A stretch of 64,000 nt of DNA, from the NCBI GenBank assembly GCA_964188305.1, contig OZ076885.1; one strand, given 5' to 3'. Of the stretch, positions 1 to 12,060 are shown one piece after another. Both the position numbers and the translations under genes were made by a program. The first letter of the stretch is position 1; each line of letters begins with the position of its first letter. The notes under the pieces were generated by a model. It worked only from the letters and a program-made list of their open reading frames with translations, searched no databases and was not told the origin of the DNA. The DNA is from Podarcis bocagei. Taxonomy: Eukaryota.

Positions 1-679
1 TTTACTAACTTGTAAGCAGATCAAAAACAAATAAAAACATAATAAACATGAAAAATTGTGGCCCAAGCCAGCTCATTAAAAGCCAATCTTGAACATTTTG
101 TCTTGTCTCAATAAAAGCAGGTGGAAGTTTAACAAATGGAAGGATGACATTATTATCTAGATGTCCTATGCAAGCTTTATTTTTCTCAGGTTAAAAAGCT
201 ACCTATTCCACCATGCTGAGAATAAATCCAGAGTACCAGAGAGTTCCTGGCTGGTGGCAAGAAGTGATTTTAAATTCCTCTACAAAGGTTAAGAGCAATT
301 TCTACAGAACCCCCCCCCTTTACCCCATTCATAACCAACAGCAAAGGAGAGATGATGAGGAAAGTGCCACCCTTGAAATTACTTTGGCCTTGTAGTTTTT
401 AACTGTCACAGGCAATTTATTTGAAATATAATTCCTGATTTGCTGGCTTCATTAAGCTTTCACAAGTAATTTTAAACTTAAACCACCATTGGCAAATCCA
501 TCATTTATTGATAGAAACATTAGGACAGTAATGGAGTGTGACTCACGATGAAATAAGATAGAAAGGTATGAATGGGTGGATGTAAAAAGACTCCTTTTCC
601 CGCCCTGAACTTTTCCTGTGGCAAATCATGCACTATAGTCTCAGCCTTTTTAGGTGATGTTTAAGATCACCCTTAAAGC

Positions 680-957
680 ACTGTCTCTGCAGTGCCTGGA
701 GACAGGCAGCTGAGTTGTGTATCTATAGCAGTGACCAGAGGAGAAATGACCACTGGGAGGAGTGCAGAGAGAAGAAATGCTATGGTGCATCTGCAGCAGC
801 ACAACTGGATGCCTTCATCTGCCCCAACTGCAACAAAGCATGTCTCTCCTGCATAGGTCTCTACAGCTACGGCAGGTGCTACAGTCATCTAACATACTGA
901 CCTTACCCACAAAGGCACACTCCTCCATTGTCTCCTGAGACAGACGGATGCCAACAA
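680..957 (+). mobile_element. RTE-clade LINE 3' end fragment
   Basis: Degenerate C-terminal zinc finger FICPNCNKACLSCIGLYSYGRC followed by an RTE-type terminus ccattgtctcctgagacagacggatgccaacaa. Confidence 0.7.
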
Positions 958-2785
958 AGCTTGCAAACAGGTGTGGCAAATGTACATACATAAACAAACA
1001 CAGAGCTTCCAACCTTCACTTCCAAAATAAATATATTCTCTATTTAATTAAAATAATCCTTGAGTCACTAATTTGAAACTCATCTCCCTCTGCTCTTTTA
1101 CATTAAAAACATGAGAATGAATGATGTAAGGGTGGCATAATATACCTTACCTTTCCACAAGCTCAAAGAGGCTCAAGTCATCTTTTAAAAAGCAACAGGC
1201 TGCCTTTCAAAAATAACCAGAAACTTCAGATGCTTCAAAATGTAGCTAGTAAAGTTCCAACTGGAGTTGGGTTTTGGAAGCCTTAAAACCCCTAAATGGG
1301 TTCTGGTCCCAAGTCTATCAGCTATACACTCCGGTTAGCTAGAGAGTCCCTTTTCATATCCCACCATCACCTGAGCCTAATTTCTCTCTCCAGTTCTCCC
1401 CCATTAAAGGGGTAAGGGAAATTCTCAAGGGAGGAGGGGGAATACACCAAAATGTTTTTGGGAAAGGACCTGGCTTACCAGGTATGCTGCATGTCAATAC
1501 TTCCGGTGGTAACTGGGCCTTCCTGCTTTTGGGCAGGCCAGAATGCTGATGGGGATGGTCTCATCGACATCTTGCTCAGCTCCATCAGAAATTGCAGCAG
1601 GATGGGCTGGTTCCAGCACACCTTGTGTCTGCTTTAAAATGGATCTCATGTGACCAGGGAAAGTGTGAAACATTAGAAATAAAGGTGTGTGTGGATATTT
1701 TCCCAGGCTCCCCTCTGCTTTCACAGGCAGCTTCTATTCATCCCATATTGCTGAGAAAAGCTGTGCTGAAAATATCAGCCCAGCTCAAGTTGAAAACAGG
1801 TTTTCAAGATGACGAGTATATTTGTGAGGCTAATGACAGAAGCTTAAAAACAAAAGAACAAAATCAAAAATAAGCCCACTATGCATCCAAGTATAGTATT
1901 TACTTTACACATTGTGGATTTCCTACACTGAAATTTCATACATATATGTTATCATGTTTCACAACTGCGTGTGTAGTGCATTCAGTGTACTATTACATAC
2001 ACTGAAAAATCATGATTATTTGTACTCAGGAGCTACTTATCCAAAAGGTTGCAGCAGTCTTGGAAGAGGCAAATTGCAAGCCCCCTTCACATGCTGATTA
2101 CATGAAGGGAGCGCCACCTGAATAAGGGTGAAGCAGGATCACATAACTGGCTCTGGCTCCTATGGGCCTGTTGCTTCCCTGGTCCTAACAGCTACTTGTT
2201 AGCCATTGACATCTGCTGGGGACAAACTACAAGAGCAAACTTCTTTCCACATAGGCTGGAATCCTGATATCAGAGGGCTCCAGCTCACAAAGAGGTCTAT
2301 GCAGCACTCAGGTTTCCCTACACAGCCGCCAGTGCTTAATGTGTGGACCTCAGGAGAGAGAAGCTGTGTGATGATGTCTGGGGCTAGAGATATGCCCCAC
2401 TTCCCCTTAGTGAAGGGGGCTACAGTGGAACACAGATTGGCTAGCATCTTGAGGGGTGTTTGTAAGCAAGCGTATGAGTGTAATGGCATGCGAGCAAAAC
2501 AAGCTCATTACACTGTGAACAATGTACAAGATGTCTACAGTTTTAAAAGGCTCATTAAAAAAAACACAACAACACTTGGAGAACCTGTCAGTGCTAATTT
2601 TTACAGGAGAAACCGGAACATAATGTTTATCACTAATAAAGGAAGAAAGGGAAAGTGAGTAATAAAAAGAATGAGGCCTTCTGTGCCGATAAACCACCAG
2701 ACTCATGCAGAGTCCGCTACCAATCATTAACCTGCCATGCCTAAGCAAACCTTGATGCAGGACAAAAGCTTGTGCTGCTCCTTTT

Positions 2786-2809
2786 TAATAATAATAATAA
2801 TAATAATAA

Positions 2810-2850
<41 letters not shown>
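2786..2850. repeat. (TAA)n microsatellite
   Basis: About 21 TAA units read directly, with one interruption. Confidence 0.95.
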
Positions 2851-2852
<2 letters not shown>

Positions 2853-4594
2853 GCTTCCCCCCCAAAAAACCCCCCACAAATGAACAATTGACCTCTGCAC
2901 TCTCAGTAGCTGCCTGTTTTTAAAGTCCTAATACGGGTGGAGCAAGGGCACTCAAAGTAGCTTGCCCACCTCCACTAAATGGAGAATAGCAGATTAGGCA
3001 ACAACTGCTGTGGAGCAATTTCACAGTTGATGCCCAGCAAATAATCCTCAGTCAAATGAGGAATTATTCGCAGGGCACAACCGGAAAACGCTCCACAGGG
3101 GCAGCATTTATGCAGTCCATTGCTACACAGTAGTGAGGGTTACAAGGAAACACTGCCTGCAATAAAGCCAGATGTCAGTTAATATTTCTAAAGCAAAGCC
3201 ACATTATTTTTATTATTATTAGCAGATGCTTGACTTCAAGTGTTCAGTGGATCAGGAACTGTTAGTAATTTTGTTTGTGTAACTCTCATTCAGGGCTTGG
3301 TTTATGGAGAAACAAGTGAGGTGTAAATTTTCAATTTGCTACCAAAATCTAGTGGACCAAGGACACCAAGGGAGGAAATGGTGTCTCCAAAATGATGATA
3401 CATGGATGGTGGATAGGTAACATTACCAATATGTACCACACACACTTCACAGATGTGGTCCTGCTATTATATATCTTGCTGTGACAGAACTGTCAGAATA
3501 GGGTAGGGTTATGACTAAGAGGTAGTGCTATCCTAGACGTTTAGATTTGCCAGCTGAAGGGAGCTAGGAAGGAACAGAGGTGCCTCCCCACTGATGGAGA
3601 AAAGCCTTGTGGGTATAACTAATAGTATTGAGGGGGGGGAGTTAAAAAAAAACCAAAATCTGTGTGGCAAAAAATAGGTAAGTTTGTACCCCTTACACAA
3701 CTCCTGTCCCTAACTGACATGAGTCAGAGGAACCTGGGAGTTGTGGTAGATCTGCCACTTTGGGTGTGCGCACACACACACCATGCTCCACATAGGATTG
3801 CACTCTTTGTTGAGGTCAATGGGACACGTTTGTCATGGCTTAAGCCTCATTGATTTCAGTGGGCATAAGTTCAACTAATTTATTCTGGATACAGCCCATT
3901 GTTCTATATTCTCAATAAATTAGTTGTGCCTACCACATTACCCATTTCTTTCCACATGTCAGATAAATCTATAATGGAAATCTTGACATTAATAGCACTT
4001 TATACTGCTCCCTCCCTCAGCTTCTTGCTAGTTTCAAAATGTAAAATAAAATTAAGTTTTTTGGGGATTCATTTTTAAAGACAATTTTTCATCTCAAAAA
4101 GCGAAGACGGCATAAGACTGTGCTTTCAAATTCATAACAGTTAAAAGCCTCCTCTGCTCTCTATCCCTCCTGTCTCCAAACTAAATATATAAAGAGAGAT
4201 TTTAGGAAAATTAATTGCAATAGTCTGCCTTTATGAATTTCAATGTGTGTGCAATTCATTTTCCCACAGACAGCAAAGCAAGAAGGAGATCTTTTGCTGC
4301 CAAGGTGACAGGATTCATGAGCAGACCTGCTCAGGACTAATGAGGAATAAGTAGAGAATCCTCATTGGGGCTCTCCCAGGGGAGCTCTGCTTTCAATCAC
4401 ATACCATCATTTCTGCTTGTCAGCCCATGCTGCTGTTGGTGTAGAGGATATTAATGAAGCAAATGAGTATTGTGGTTTGAAAACAGGCCATTCTTGCTGC
4501 TCCTTCAGAATGATACAAAGAACCCAACCTGGTTGTTTCTGAAGAGGTCTAGCAAGGTATTCTGCAGCTCTCATAACTGGCTCAAAGGGGTATG

Positions 4595-5090
4595 TGTCAA
4601 GGTCCCAGCTGAGAGGGTCTTCATCAGAGGAAGAGGCTGGAGATCCCATTCAGGGCCCTGCTTCCATGGAGAAACTTGCACCAGTCCAAAGGCATCCTCA
4701 AGAGCCCCAGCACAAAGATGCATTTCCTGCCCTTCCACGACCTCGTCCTGAGGCCTGCCTTCAACCCTGATTCTCCTCCAATGCATACACCTCGGGCCTG
4801 AGGAGCAAAAGTGGCAGTGCACCAGACAGGAAGCACTAAGTTGCATCTTTTTTGGCTGTCAGAAAGGAGGAGATCTAGCTGCAAGCCACCACCCTGCTGC
4901 ATGCATAGGACCAGTTACTGGCAAGTGACTCAATACATCACTAGGTTAACATCAGACCTCATGAATGCTTTAGCTCCAGCTACACTGCTGACTCTGGCTC
5001 CAGTCACTGCATCTGGGGCTGGTCATAGATATGCACACTGTGAGGTCCAACCCTCCACACTCCATCCCAATATTACTCAGCTTTTGAGTG
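4595..5090 (+). mobile_element. Probable degenerate LTR (Gypsy-like)
   Basis: Starts TGTCAAGG and carries Ser/acidic then PDSPPMHTPR-like coding remnants resembling the 32260-32696 LTR. 3' boundary and TSD not resolved. Confidence 0.35.
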
Positions 5091-6295
5091 TTATGTAAGT
5101 GAAATCCATACCCTCATCTCCAGTTTATCTCCAATAGGCAAATACTAATCTTTCCCCTCTGGTTCTACCACATCATTACTTGCCTGGAAGGGCTGTGAAA
5201 CCTGAAATGGCAAGTGCCCCCTATGAGGCAGGATGGGCCTACAGACAGCTTATAAATCCCTTAAATCCAAATATTTAGAGTCATTTTCCTAAAGAAATGC
5301 AGTGGGAAATAATAAGGATTTTTTTCTTTAGCATTTTCAATTTTGTTTCCTATATTGCTTCAACAGGTGAATTCCATGTCTAATGGCACCTCAAACGTTA
5401 AGAAATATATATATTAGTCTATATCATGATGAATATTCATTAGCACATACAAATGACTGGTGAATTTCTGCTTCCAGAGGAGATGGTTTATTTAACACCT
5501 CACTTTGTATGGTTAGTGTTGGGGTCTACATATGATTTTTTAAAATGACCTATACCACCTTCAGTTTTAGCAGCTAGAGAGACATAGTATATATGTTGAC
5601 ATTTCCATTCCACCTTAAGGAACAGGCATGTGGAATTGTTGTGTGTTACATGTCTGTTTACATTCCAGCACAGTATGCTGGGAATTTCCGTTTGTGTATT
5701 GCTTTTGCTTCTGCTGTTCTCTCCGAGACAACATGAGAGACGACATGTTTCTTTGTTCTGATTTATGTTTAATAAATCTGTAGCTGTAGCATGACTTCAC
5801 ATATCTCACGCCTACTTCTGTGTGCGCAGTACACTCTGCTAATTACGTGCCCTGGCTTCTGAAGCTCGGGTCGCTGACTTACGTCAGAGCACAGGCCGAT
5901 GAATGGAGATGTCCGAGCTGGGCTTGCCAGCTGGCCTCCCAGACCTCTGCATGTTGACAGTATATTGGCTTGTCAGCTATAATTTGATCCTTGTAAGTTT
6001 TTATTGTGAAAGAAATGGGTAGGATGTGTGATATATATATAAGACCAGCTCAGGTAGAGATTTTAAAAAATCACTTCCTACTTTACGCAGTTTAAGTATT
6101 AATTACCAATGAGTACAGAATGGCAATATTTTCAATTACAACATCAGTTGGTGTCTATCTATGTCCCACCTGCTTTGAGTGCTTTGGCATCTTCTAAACT
6201 ATAGGAGGGAATTACTGGATCCGTACAGAAAACCAAACTTAAAACCACTGCTTATAAATGCTTAATTAATTTTGGTAAGGTTCAGGAACTTAGAG

Positions 6296-6428
6296 TAAGG
6301 TTACCAGACGTCCCTGTTTCCTGGGGACAGTCCCCAGATTTACAAATCAGTCCCCAGACAAAATCCATCTATTTAGTAGGAAGTTGAATAGTGTCCCTGG
6401 ATTCATTGAAAAAAATCTGGTAATCTTA
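6296..6428. mobile_element. hAT-type MITE
   Basis: TIRs TAAGGTTACCAGA / TCTGGTAATCTTA. Degenerate 8-bp flanks acttagag / attttgag. Confidence 0.7.
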
Positions 6429-6529
6429 ATTTTGAGAAGTGTGGAGCAGGGAATTATAATTATGCAATCTAAACAATGGAAAATTGCTTTGGAATTGATA
6501 CCGAAGCATACTTCCTGTGATATTAGAGA

Positions 6530-6895
6530 CAGTACATAGCCATAACAACTAAGTAGCCCTTGATAGCCTTATTCTTTAAGGATTTGCAAAATCTCATTTT
6601 CAAGCTGTCCAAGTTGGTGGCCATTAATACCTATTGTGGTAGCACATTTCATAAATTAGCTATGCTTCTGAGTCGGTGTTTCTAAAGGCACAAGCCTCAA
6701 TTCTGCAAAAGTTAAGAGGGTGGAATCAAAACTTGAAGTGACCTGCTTTACAGTGATAGGCTTATAATCACAGAGGTTCTTTCTGTAAACCTTGTCTGCT
6801 AGGGCCCCATACTCTAATAACATAAGAACATAAGAAGACTTCTGTGGCATCAGACCAAAGGCCCCTTTAGTCTAGCATCCTATTCTCAAGGGTAA
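6530..6895 (-). mobile_element. Old CR1-like LINE 3' fragments (about 6530-6660 and 6820-6895)
   Basis: Tail motif aacataagaacataagaag...ctagcatcctattctca and the related catagccat...aagttggtggcc segment, both recurring elsewhere in the window. Confidence 0.5.
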
Positions 6896-7163
6896 ATAAA
6901 CCTCTGTTTTTCAAAAAACACACGTCTACCAAGGCTGATATCAGAGAAACTGCTGTTGCATCCCAACTTTCAGTGTTGGCTCTCCTCTTCTCATCAGCTG
7001 AATGACTAATTTCTGAAAGGCAACTTTGTGAGGAGCTATCCTTAAAGATGGGGGTATATAATAGCATAAGCTAAATAAATGACATATGGAATAAATTAAC
7101 AAGGCAGCTATCAGAACTGCTGGTGTGGAGGAAGAACATGCAAAAGTCAAACAAGCGGCAAAG

Positions 7164-7275
7164 CAACTTTCCCCAGACCTGATATATCCTCCAGATGTTT
7201 TAGGCTAGAACTCCTATCAGCCCTAGTCAGCGCTGCCAAGCCCAAATCTGGACAGCATCAAGTAGGGGAAGGTTG
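7164..7275. mobile_element. Palindromic hAT (Charlie-like) MITE
   Basis: TIRs CAACTTTCCCC / GGGGAAGGTTG. 8-bp TSD cggcaaag / ctgcaaag. Internal ctccagatgtt motif shared with copies near 15040, 34900, 46252, 46813 and 61604. Confidence 0.7.
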
Positions 7276-8446
7276 CTGCAAAGTCTCACCGATGATGATG
7301 CATAGTAGGGAGCAATGACTCAGTACCCAAAAAGCATTCAAAATGGATGCCACACAGATGCTGCACAGTTTCAGCTACATCATTATCTTGTATGTGCAAA
7401 ACTGACATTTTCCAGAGCAGGAAAGAAGGGAGCGTCAATTTTATTTTATTCTTAAAATACATCTTCGGTCACTTCTTTGTGCTCATCTGTGGTAACAGAA
7501 GTCGTTATGAAAAGGTTGCCTCTGCTACTTGTACATAAATCAGCATCCAACAAGACTGTAAACTACACAGCCAGTGAGGCCACATTCCACTGAGCACAGC
7601 CTCTGAAGTGTATTGATACCTGATAGCTGAATGGCTTGTACTGTTGGTAGTAGGAGAACCTTAGCTGACTATTACTTAAATATTAAACGATCTTTTCAAT
7701 ACATTTGGTGGCTCTTGGCAGCTATTTTCCTTCTACTTTCTTCTCTCATCTCCCCCACCCCCTGGGAAAATCAATTTATTTATCTCCCTCACTCCCCATT
7801 TCAGTGCTCTGCCCTTGGAAAGTCTTACATTGCTTTGTTAAAACATATCAGATGCTCCTTCTCTGCTGACTGCAGTATTCATCAAGGCGACAGTCCTGGA
7901 AGGAAATTGCAGCATGTTCTATCCTTTGCTGCTGTCAAATAACAGCATTACTTTTGTTGTATCTCCCACTGAAAAGGTTGCAGTTAAATATTGCTTTAGT
8001 AATTTGGCCTAATTCTGGTTTTACTACAGCATTTCTTCAAATGCCTATGAAGGAAACTAATGTGTCAAGCAGAGGATCGAACTAACATCTCTTTGCCTGC
8101 CATAAGATCTTTTCTCCGACATGTTTCATTACTCCCTCTTTCATTAATCTCTGGGTGGGTAGGAATCAATAATCTCTTTACCCCAAAGTACTTCAGTGCT
8201 TTAATGCCCACCCTCATTGCTTAAGATTTAAATAATTTCCCAGTTTATACTACTAAATATTCCAATTTGCACCGCTATAGGATCTGAAAGTGATTTACAT
8301 GCCTAGAAAAAAAGAATTCATAATACGTGCCCTTTAGTGGCCCGGAGACACTGCTTGGGAAGGACATGGAAGAGCAAGTGTGGCTAACGACCTTTCCAGT
8401 CAAGGGTGGCAGCCATGGTGGTGAAGCCACGTGTTTCCCCCTTACC

Positions 8447-8621
8447 TAGGGTTGCTTTTTAAAGGAAAACCCAAAAGTTTGTTGAGCTTTTAAAGACAAC
8501 CCCGATTGACTTGCCTAAGATCCAGGACAAAGCACCACCTTTCTGAAATTCCCCACAGACGTCAATTCCACCTTTGAAATCCCAGTAATATATGGGAAAT
8601 TCCAGGCATATGGCAGCCCTA
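8447..8621. mobile_element. hAT-type MITE
   Basis: TIRs TAGGGTTGC / GCAGCCCTA with perfect 8-bp TSD CCCTTACC (8439-8446, 8622-8629). Confidence 0.85.
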
Positions 8622-8691
8622 CCCTTACCACTAGATTACACAAACATCAGTGCCAAGTGTCTTTATCTCATTTTAACATAATCTGCAATCA

Positions 8692-8840
8692 AATCATAGA
8701 ATCATAGAATTCTAGAGTTAGAATGGATCCCAAGGGTCATCAAATCCAAGCCCCTGAATGCAGGAATCTCAGCTAGCACCTCTCTGACAGATGGCCAACC
8801 AACCTCTGCTTACAAACCTCCAATAAAGAGTTCACCACCT
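8692..8840 (-). mobile_element. CR1 LINE 3' end fragment
   Basis: (AATCATAG)n tail and 3' UTR similar to the CR1 at 54498-55660. Confidence 0.8.
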
Positions 8841-8914
8841 TAAGAAGAAGAACTTAATGCAGCTTAAGAATTGAAAAGAAGGAGTAGTACAACAACCACA
8901 AGGTGTTGTTCTTT

Positions 8915-9318
8915 ATATGTGTGTGGTACGGAAGCTGTACTACCCAGGACAGGATGGGGTTGTGCAGGGTTGTTAAGGCAGCAGAGAGCATTGTTGGCTG
9001 CCCACTCTCCACCTTAGAGCAGATTTATGCCACAAGGTGCCATAGGAAGGCACTGGACATAGTAAAAGATCCATCGCATCCTGGTCACTGTCTTTTCGAG
9101 CTCTTGCCATCGGGACGGAGATACAGGACGATGAAGATAAGAACGAGTCGTCTTAAGAACAGCTTCTTCTCCAGAGCGATCTCAGCCCTGAATGGGAAGC
9201 CCGGACTTTGAAAGTCATCTAATCTCCCTTGCTGTATTATACTGTATTGTTTAATTAGTGTTTTTATGGAGCAGTCAAGTAATTTCGTTGTCCCCGAAGG
9301 GAGCAATGACAATAAAGA

Positions 9319-9385
<67 letters not shown>
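8915..9385 (+). mobile_element. Rex1/Babar-type LINE, 5'-truncated, with (ATT)n tail
   Basis: Stop-free ORF2 C-terminus VWYGSCT...KDPSHPGHCLFELLPSGRRYR...RLKNSFF, typical of this clade. 3' UTR aatttcgttgtc...aatgacaataaag, then an (ATT)n tail at about 9320-9385. Confidence 0.85.
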
Positions 9386-9680
9386 GTATGCTTCTGTCAT
9401 GGAGACAGGAACACTCAAGCCAGTCATTCTCATTTTTCTCATGCAGTCACCATTGTGTGAGAACAGCAGGCCATGGCCCTGTAGCAAAAAGGCAACCCAT
9501 GTTGGGGCTGATCTTCTAAAGTGGGGAGTCTTCTCTGCTCAAGTAGACCCCCTGTGTAATTTAGAACCCTGGAAGATCAGGATCCTAAACAGTGTGGACA
9601 GCTTACTCAAGTCCAGATGGCTTCCTGCAGCAGAAGCTCAGCCCCCAACATATGTGGACTGTCAAATGGCTTCTGCCTGC

Positions 9681-9868
9681 TTAGGAAGCTCCCATACACA
9701 GAGTCAGACCAATAGTCCATCTAGGTCCGTATTGTTTACACTGACTGGCAGTGGCTCTCCAGAGAACAGAAGTCTCTCCTAGTCCTATTTGGAGATGCCA
9801 GGGATTGAATCTGGGACCTTCTGCATGTAAAGCAGATGGGCTACCACTGAGCTACAGCCTTTTCCCTT
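9681..9868 (-). mobile_element. tRNA-derived SINE (Squam3-like)
   Basis: Minus strand GCTGTAGCTCAGTGGTAG...GGTCCCAGATTCAATCCCTGGCATCTCC (A and B boxes) plus the family's 3' part. Confidence 0.8.
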
Positions 9869-9976
9869 CCCCAGCTTCTACTTAACAAGATGGTGCTTAT
9901 GTTAGAATGATTGGACAGAGTTGCAGGGTTCAAAAGATTGGCAGAGGGGTGTTGAGTAACTGGTCTAACAAACAAC

Positions 9977-10417
9977 TGTCACAACCCAGAGTTCCAACTC
10001 TCCATCCTCAGAAGAGCACCATGAAGAGGATTTGTCCTCAGAAACAGCCTTTGATGTCCCTAATCAGAGTTAGGAAGCTTCTTAAAAGTCCTGTTTAAGG
10101 CTCATTATGATGGTTCTTGGAACAATATTCAAGCCTGCCTTATCTAGAGTCTACTTGAAACTATCCAAAGTGCTCCCTGTTTTGGTACTTTGCCTTCTTA
10201 GACCATGGTCTCTGCTTTGGATTACTTGGCTCAGCAGGAGCTACCTTCTGCTTTGTTTGGCACACCTCACTGGAATCTGGATTCTACTTTGCCTGGCCCT
10301 GCCCATCAGAATTCGACCTCAACATGTCTGACCTTGGCCTACTAGAACCTAGCCTTTGTTGGACCTGACTTTCCTGAACTAGCCGTACGTGCCCTTGCAT
10401 CCCAGGAATATGTGACT
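9977..10417 (+). mobile_element. Probable degenerate solo LTR
   Basis: Inverted termini TGTCACA...TGTGAC(T), about 440 bp, with a TATA-like cttaaaag. No clean TSD. Confidence 0.45.
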
Positions 10418-10689
10418 AGTACATGCCCTCACTTGGGCTTCCACCTGTCTTCCACCTGTGACCACTGCCTAGAACAGAATAATCACAAAGGCTTAATGAT
10501 GGGGGAGAGAAGCTGTGCTCGTGTTCCCACTTTTAATTTGTTTAAAGAACAAGATGAGCATTCATGCAAGTCGCTGCTCAATTGGGAGGACTCTAGCTTA
10601 AAAACATTTATTTCAAGGATGCATAGAATAGTCTCACACACATATAAAGAACAAACAAGCAATTATAAATACAGAGGGGAGGGGAATTG

Positions 10690-11340
10690 ATTTGTTTGCC
10701 ACTAGTGATAGCAAAAATGGTAGCCAGACTGAGTTCATGATGGTCATACAACCATGTTCAATACCTAGGATTTTACCATAAACTGGAAAATTACATTTGT
10801 ACTAAAAGGAATTCTTGTTGCAATCTATCAGAAAGTGATACAATGAATTTTCTATAGTTGATTTGACTTATTCAGAAATACAAAAGAAAATTAAAGAGAA
10901 AATATTGGAAACTGAGGACCAAGATACAGTAAACAACTTAAAATCTTCTCTGTGGTTGGCAAATCTCAGCGAGTGGGGCCATAGGACTGATGAGTGTCTC
11001 TCTGATTATAGGCTGAGATATGCTTTTACATCTTTGCGATTGCACTCCATGCCTAGTATGGTGTTCCATGAGAGAGTGAATAATATTACCTATGAAAATC
11101 AACAATGCATTTATAATTCAGGGGAAGTGGCAGACTTTGTACATTATTTACTGTTTTGTAGTCAAGTTTAGAGGGAAGCTTTCCACAAGAAGCTTCATCT
11201 GGCTATGGACAATCCTACTGGCATGCCAATTAGATTTTACTAAAAAAGAAAAGGGGAAAAAAAGAACAAATATATATTATAGAGGCTATTACTAAATTTG
11301 CCCTTCCGGCAAATTGCTAATTGAATTTTTGTTGATTGTG
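10690..11340 (+). mobile_element. Degenerate non-LTR retrotransposon ORF2 C-terminus (RTE-X/L2-like)
   Basis: RYAFTSLRLHSMPS...QQCIYNSGEVADFVHYLLFC resembles the terminal CCHC region of LINE ORF2. Confidence 0.45.
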
Positions 11341-11653
11341 CATATGTCCATCTTCTATTTTTTCTTTTAATGTTGTTTTTTAATTAATCAAACTATATTA
11401 TGTAAGTGGTATGCATGCATAATTTTTTCATTCCCCCTGGATGCTGCTGTTTTATGTTTATGTTATGCTAACATTGCAGTGGGCGTGGAGGTTAGTCTGT
11501 AAACTTTCTTGCTATTTGAAAGAGGGGTTTTTTCTCCTTCTGGTGACCAATACTGCCATCGAGTGCTGGGAAATGTATTCTTCCTGCCATGCTAACAGAA
11601 GCGGGGTGTGGTGCATGAATAAAAACTGGGGAATTATTACTCCTAAAAACACT

Positions 11654-11764
11654 GTGTTGATATCCAACTAAATTATACTCAGAGTAGACCTATTAAAATA
11701 AAAAAGACTTCTCCACTGATTTCAATAGGTCTACTTTGAGTATGACTAACATTGGGTATCACCC
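11654..11764. mobile_element. Hairpin MITE (probably PIF/Harbinger-like)
   Basis: Long inverted arms ACTCAGAGTAGACCTATT / AATAGGTCTACTTTGAGT plus terminal inverted repeats. Related copies near 3790-3897 and at 34593-34711. Confidence 0.65.
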
Positions 11765-11904
11765 ATTATCTCTAAATCAGAAACAGGTTATCACAATAAT
11801 GTCTCACTGAATCCAGTGGGACAAGTTAGTTGTAACTAATGGGATGCAAGAGGGTGACTAACTTTTCTTGGAATGCAGCCACTGCTTAGAAACGCTTCCT
11901 GGTC

Positions 11905-12060
11905 TAGGAACAGAGGAAGCTGCCTCTAGCTCTATCTAGCTCACTTTTGTCTTAACTGGCAATGGTTCTCAAGGGTTTCAGACAAGGATCTCTCCCAGCC
12001 CTACCTAGAAATGCTGGGGATTGAATCTGGGACCTTCTGTTCTATGACTGAACTATGGCG
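11905..12060 (-). mobile_element. Squam3-like SINE, degenerate
   Basis: Similar to 9681-9868 (ggggattgaatctgggaccttctg). Confidence 0.7.

Noticed and set aside
5811-5835. Minus-strand YCA codons resembling the TSPAN4 C-terminus
   Set aside because: No ILGLTFAMTMYCQ upstream, no following stop, and the intervening exons are absent.
9258-9782. 174-aa ORF with a poly-Leu, signal-peptide-like stretch
   Set aside because: The poly-L/I/N runs come from the (ATT)n LINE tail, and the ORF ends in a SINE.
11654-11764. Long hairpins as pre-miRNA candidates (also 34593, 46252)
   Set aside because: Multi-copy palindromic MITEs. No recognisable mature miRNA.
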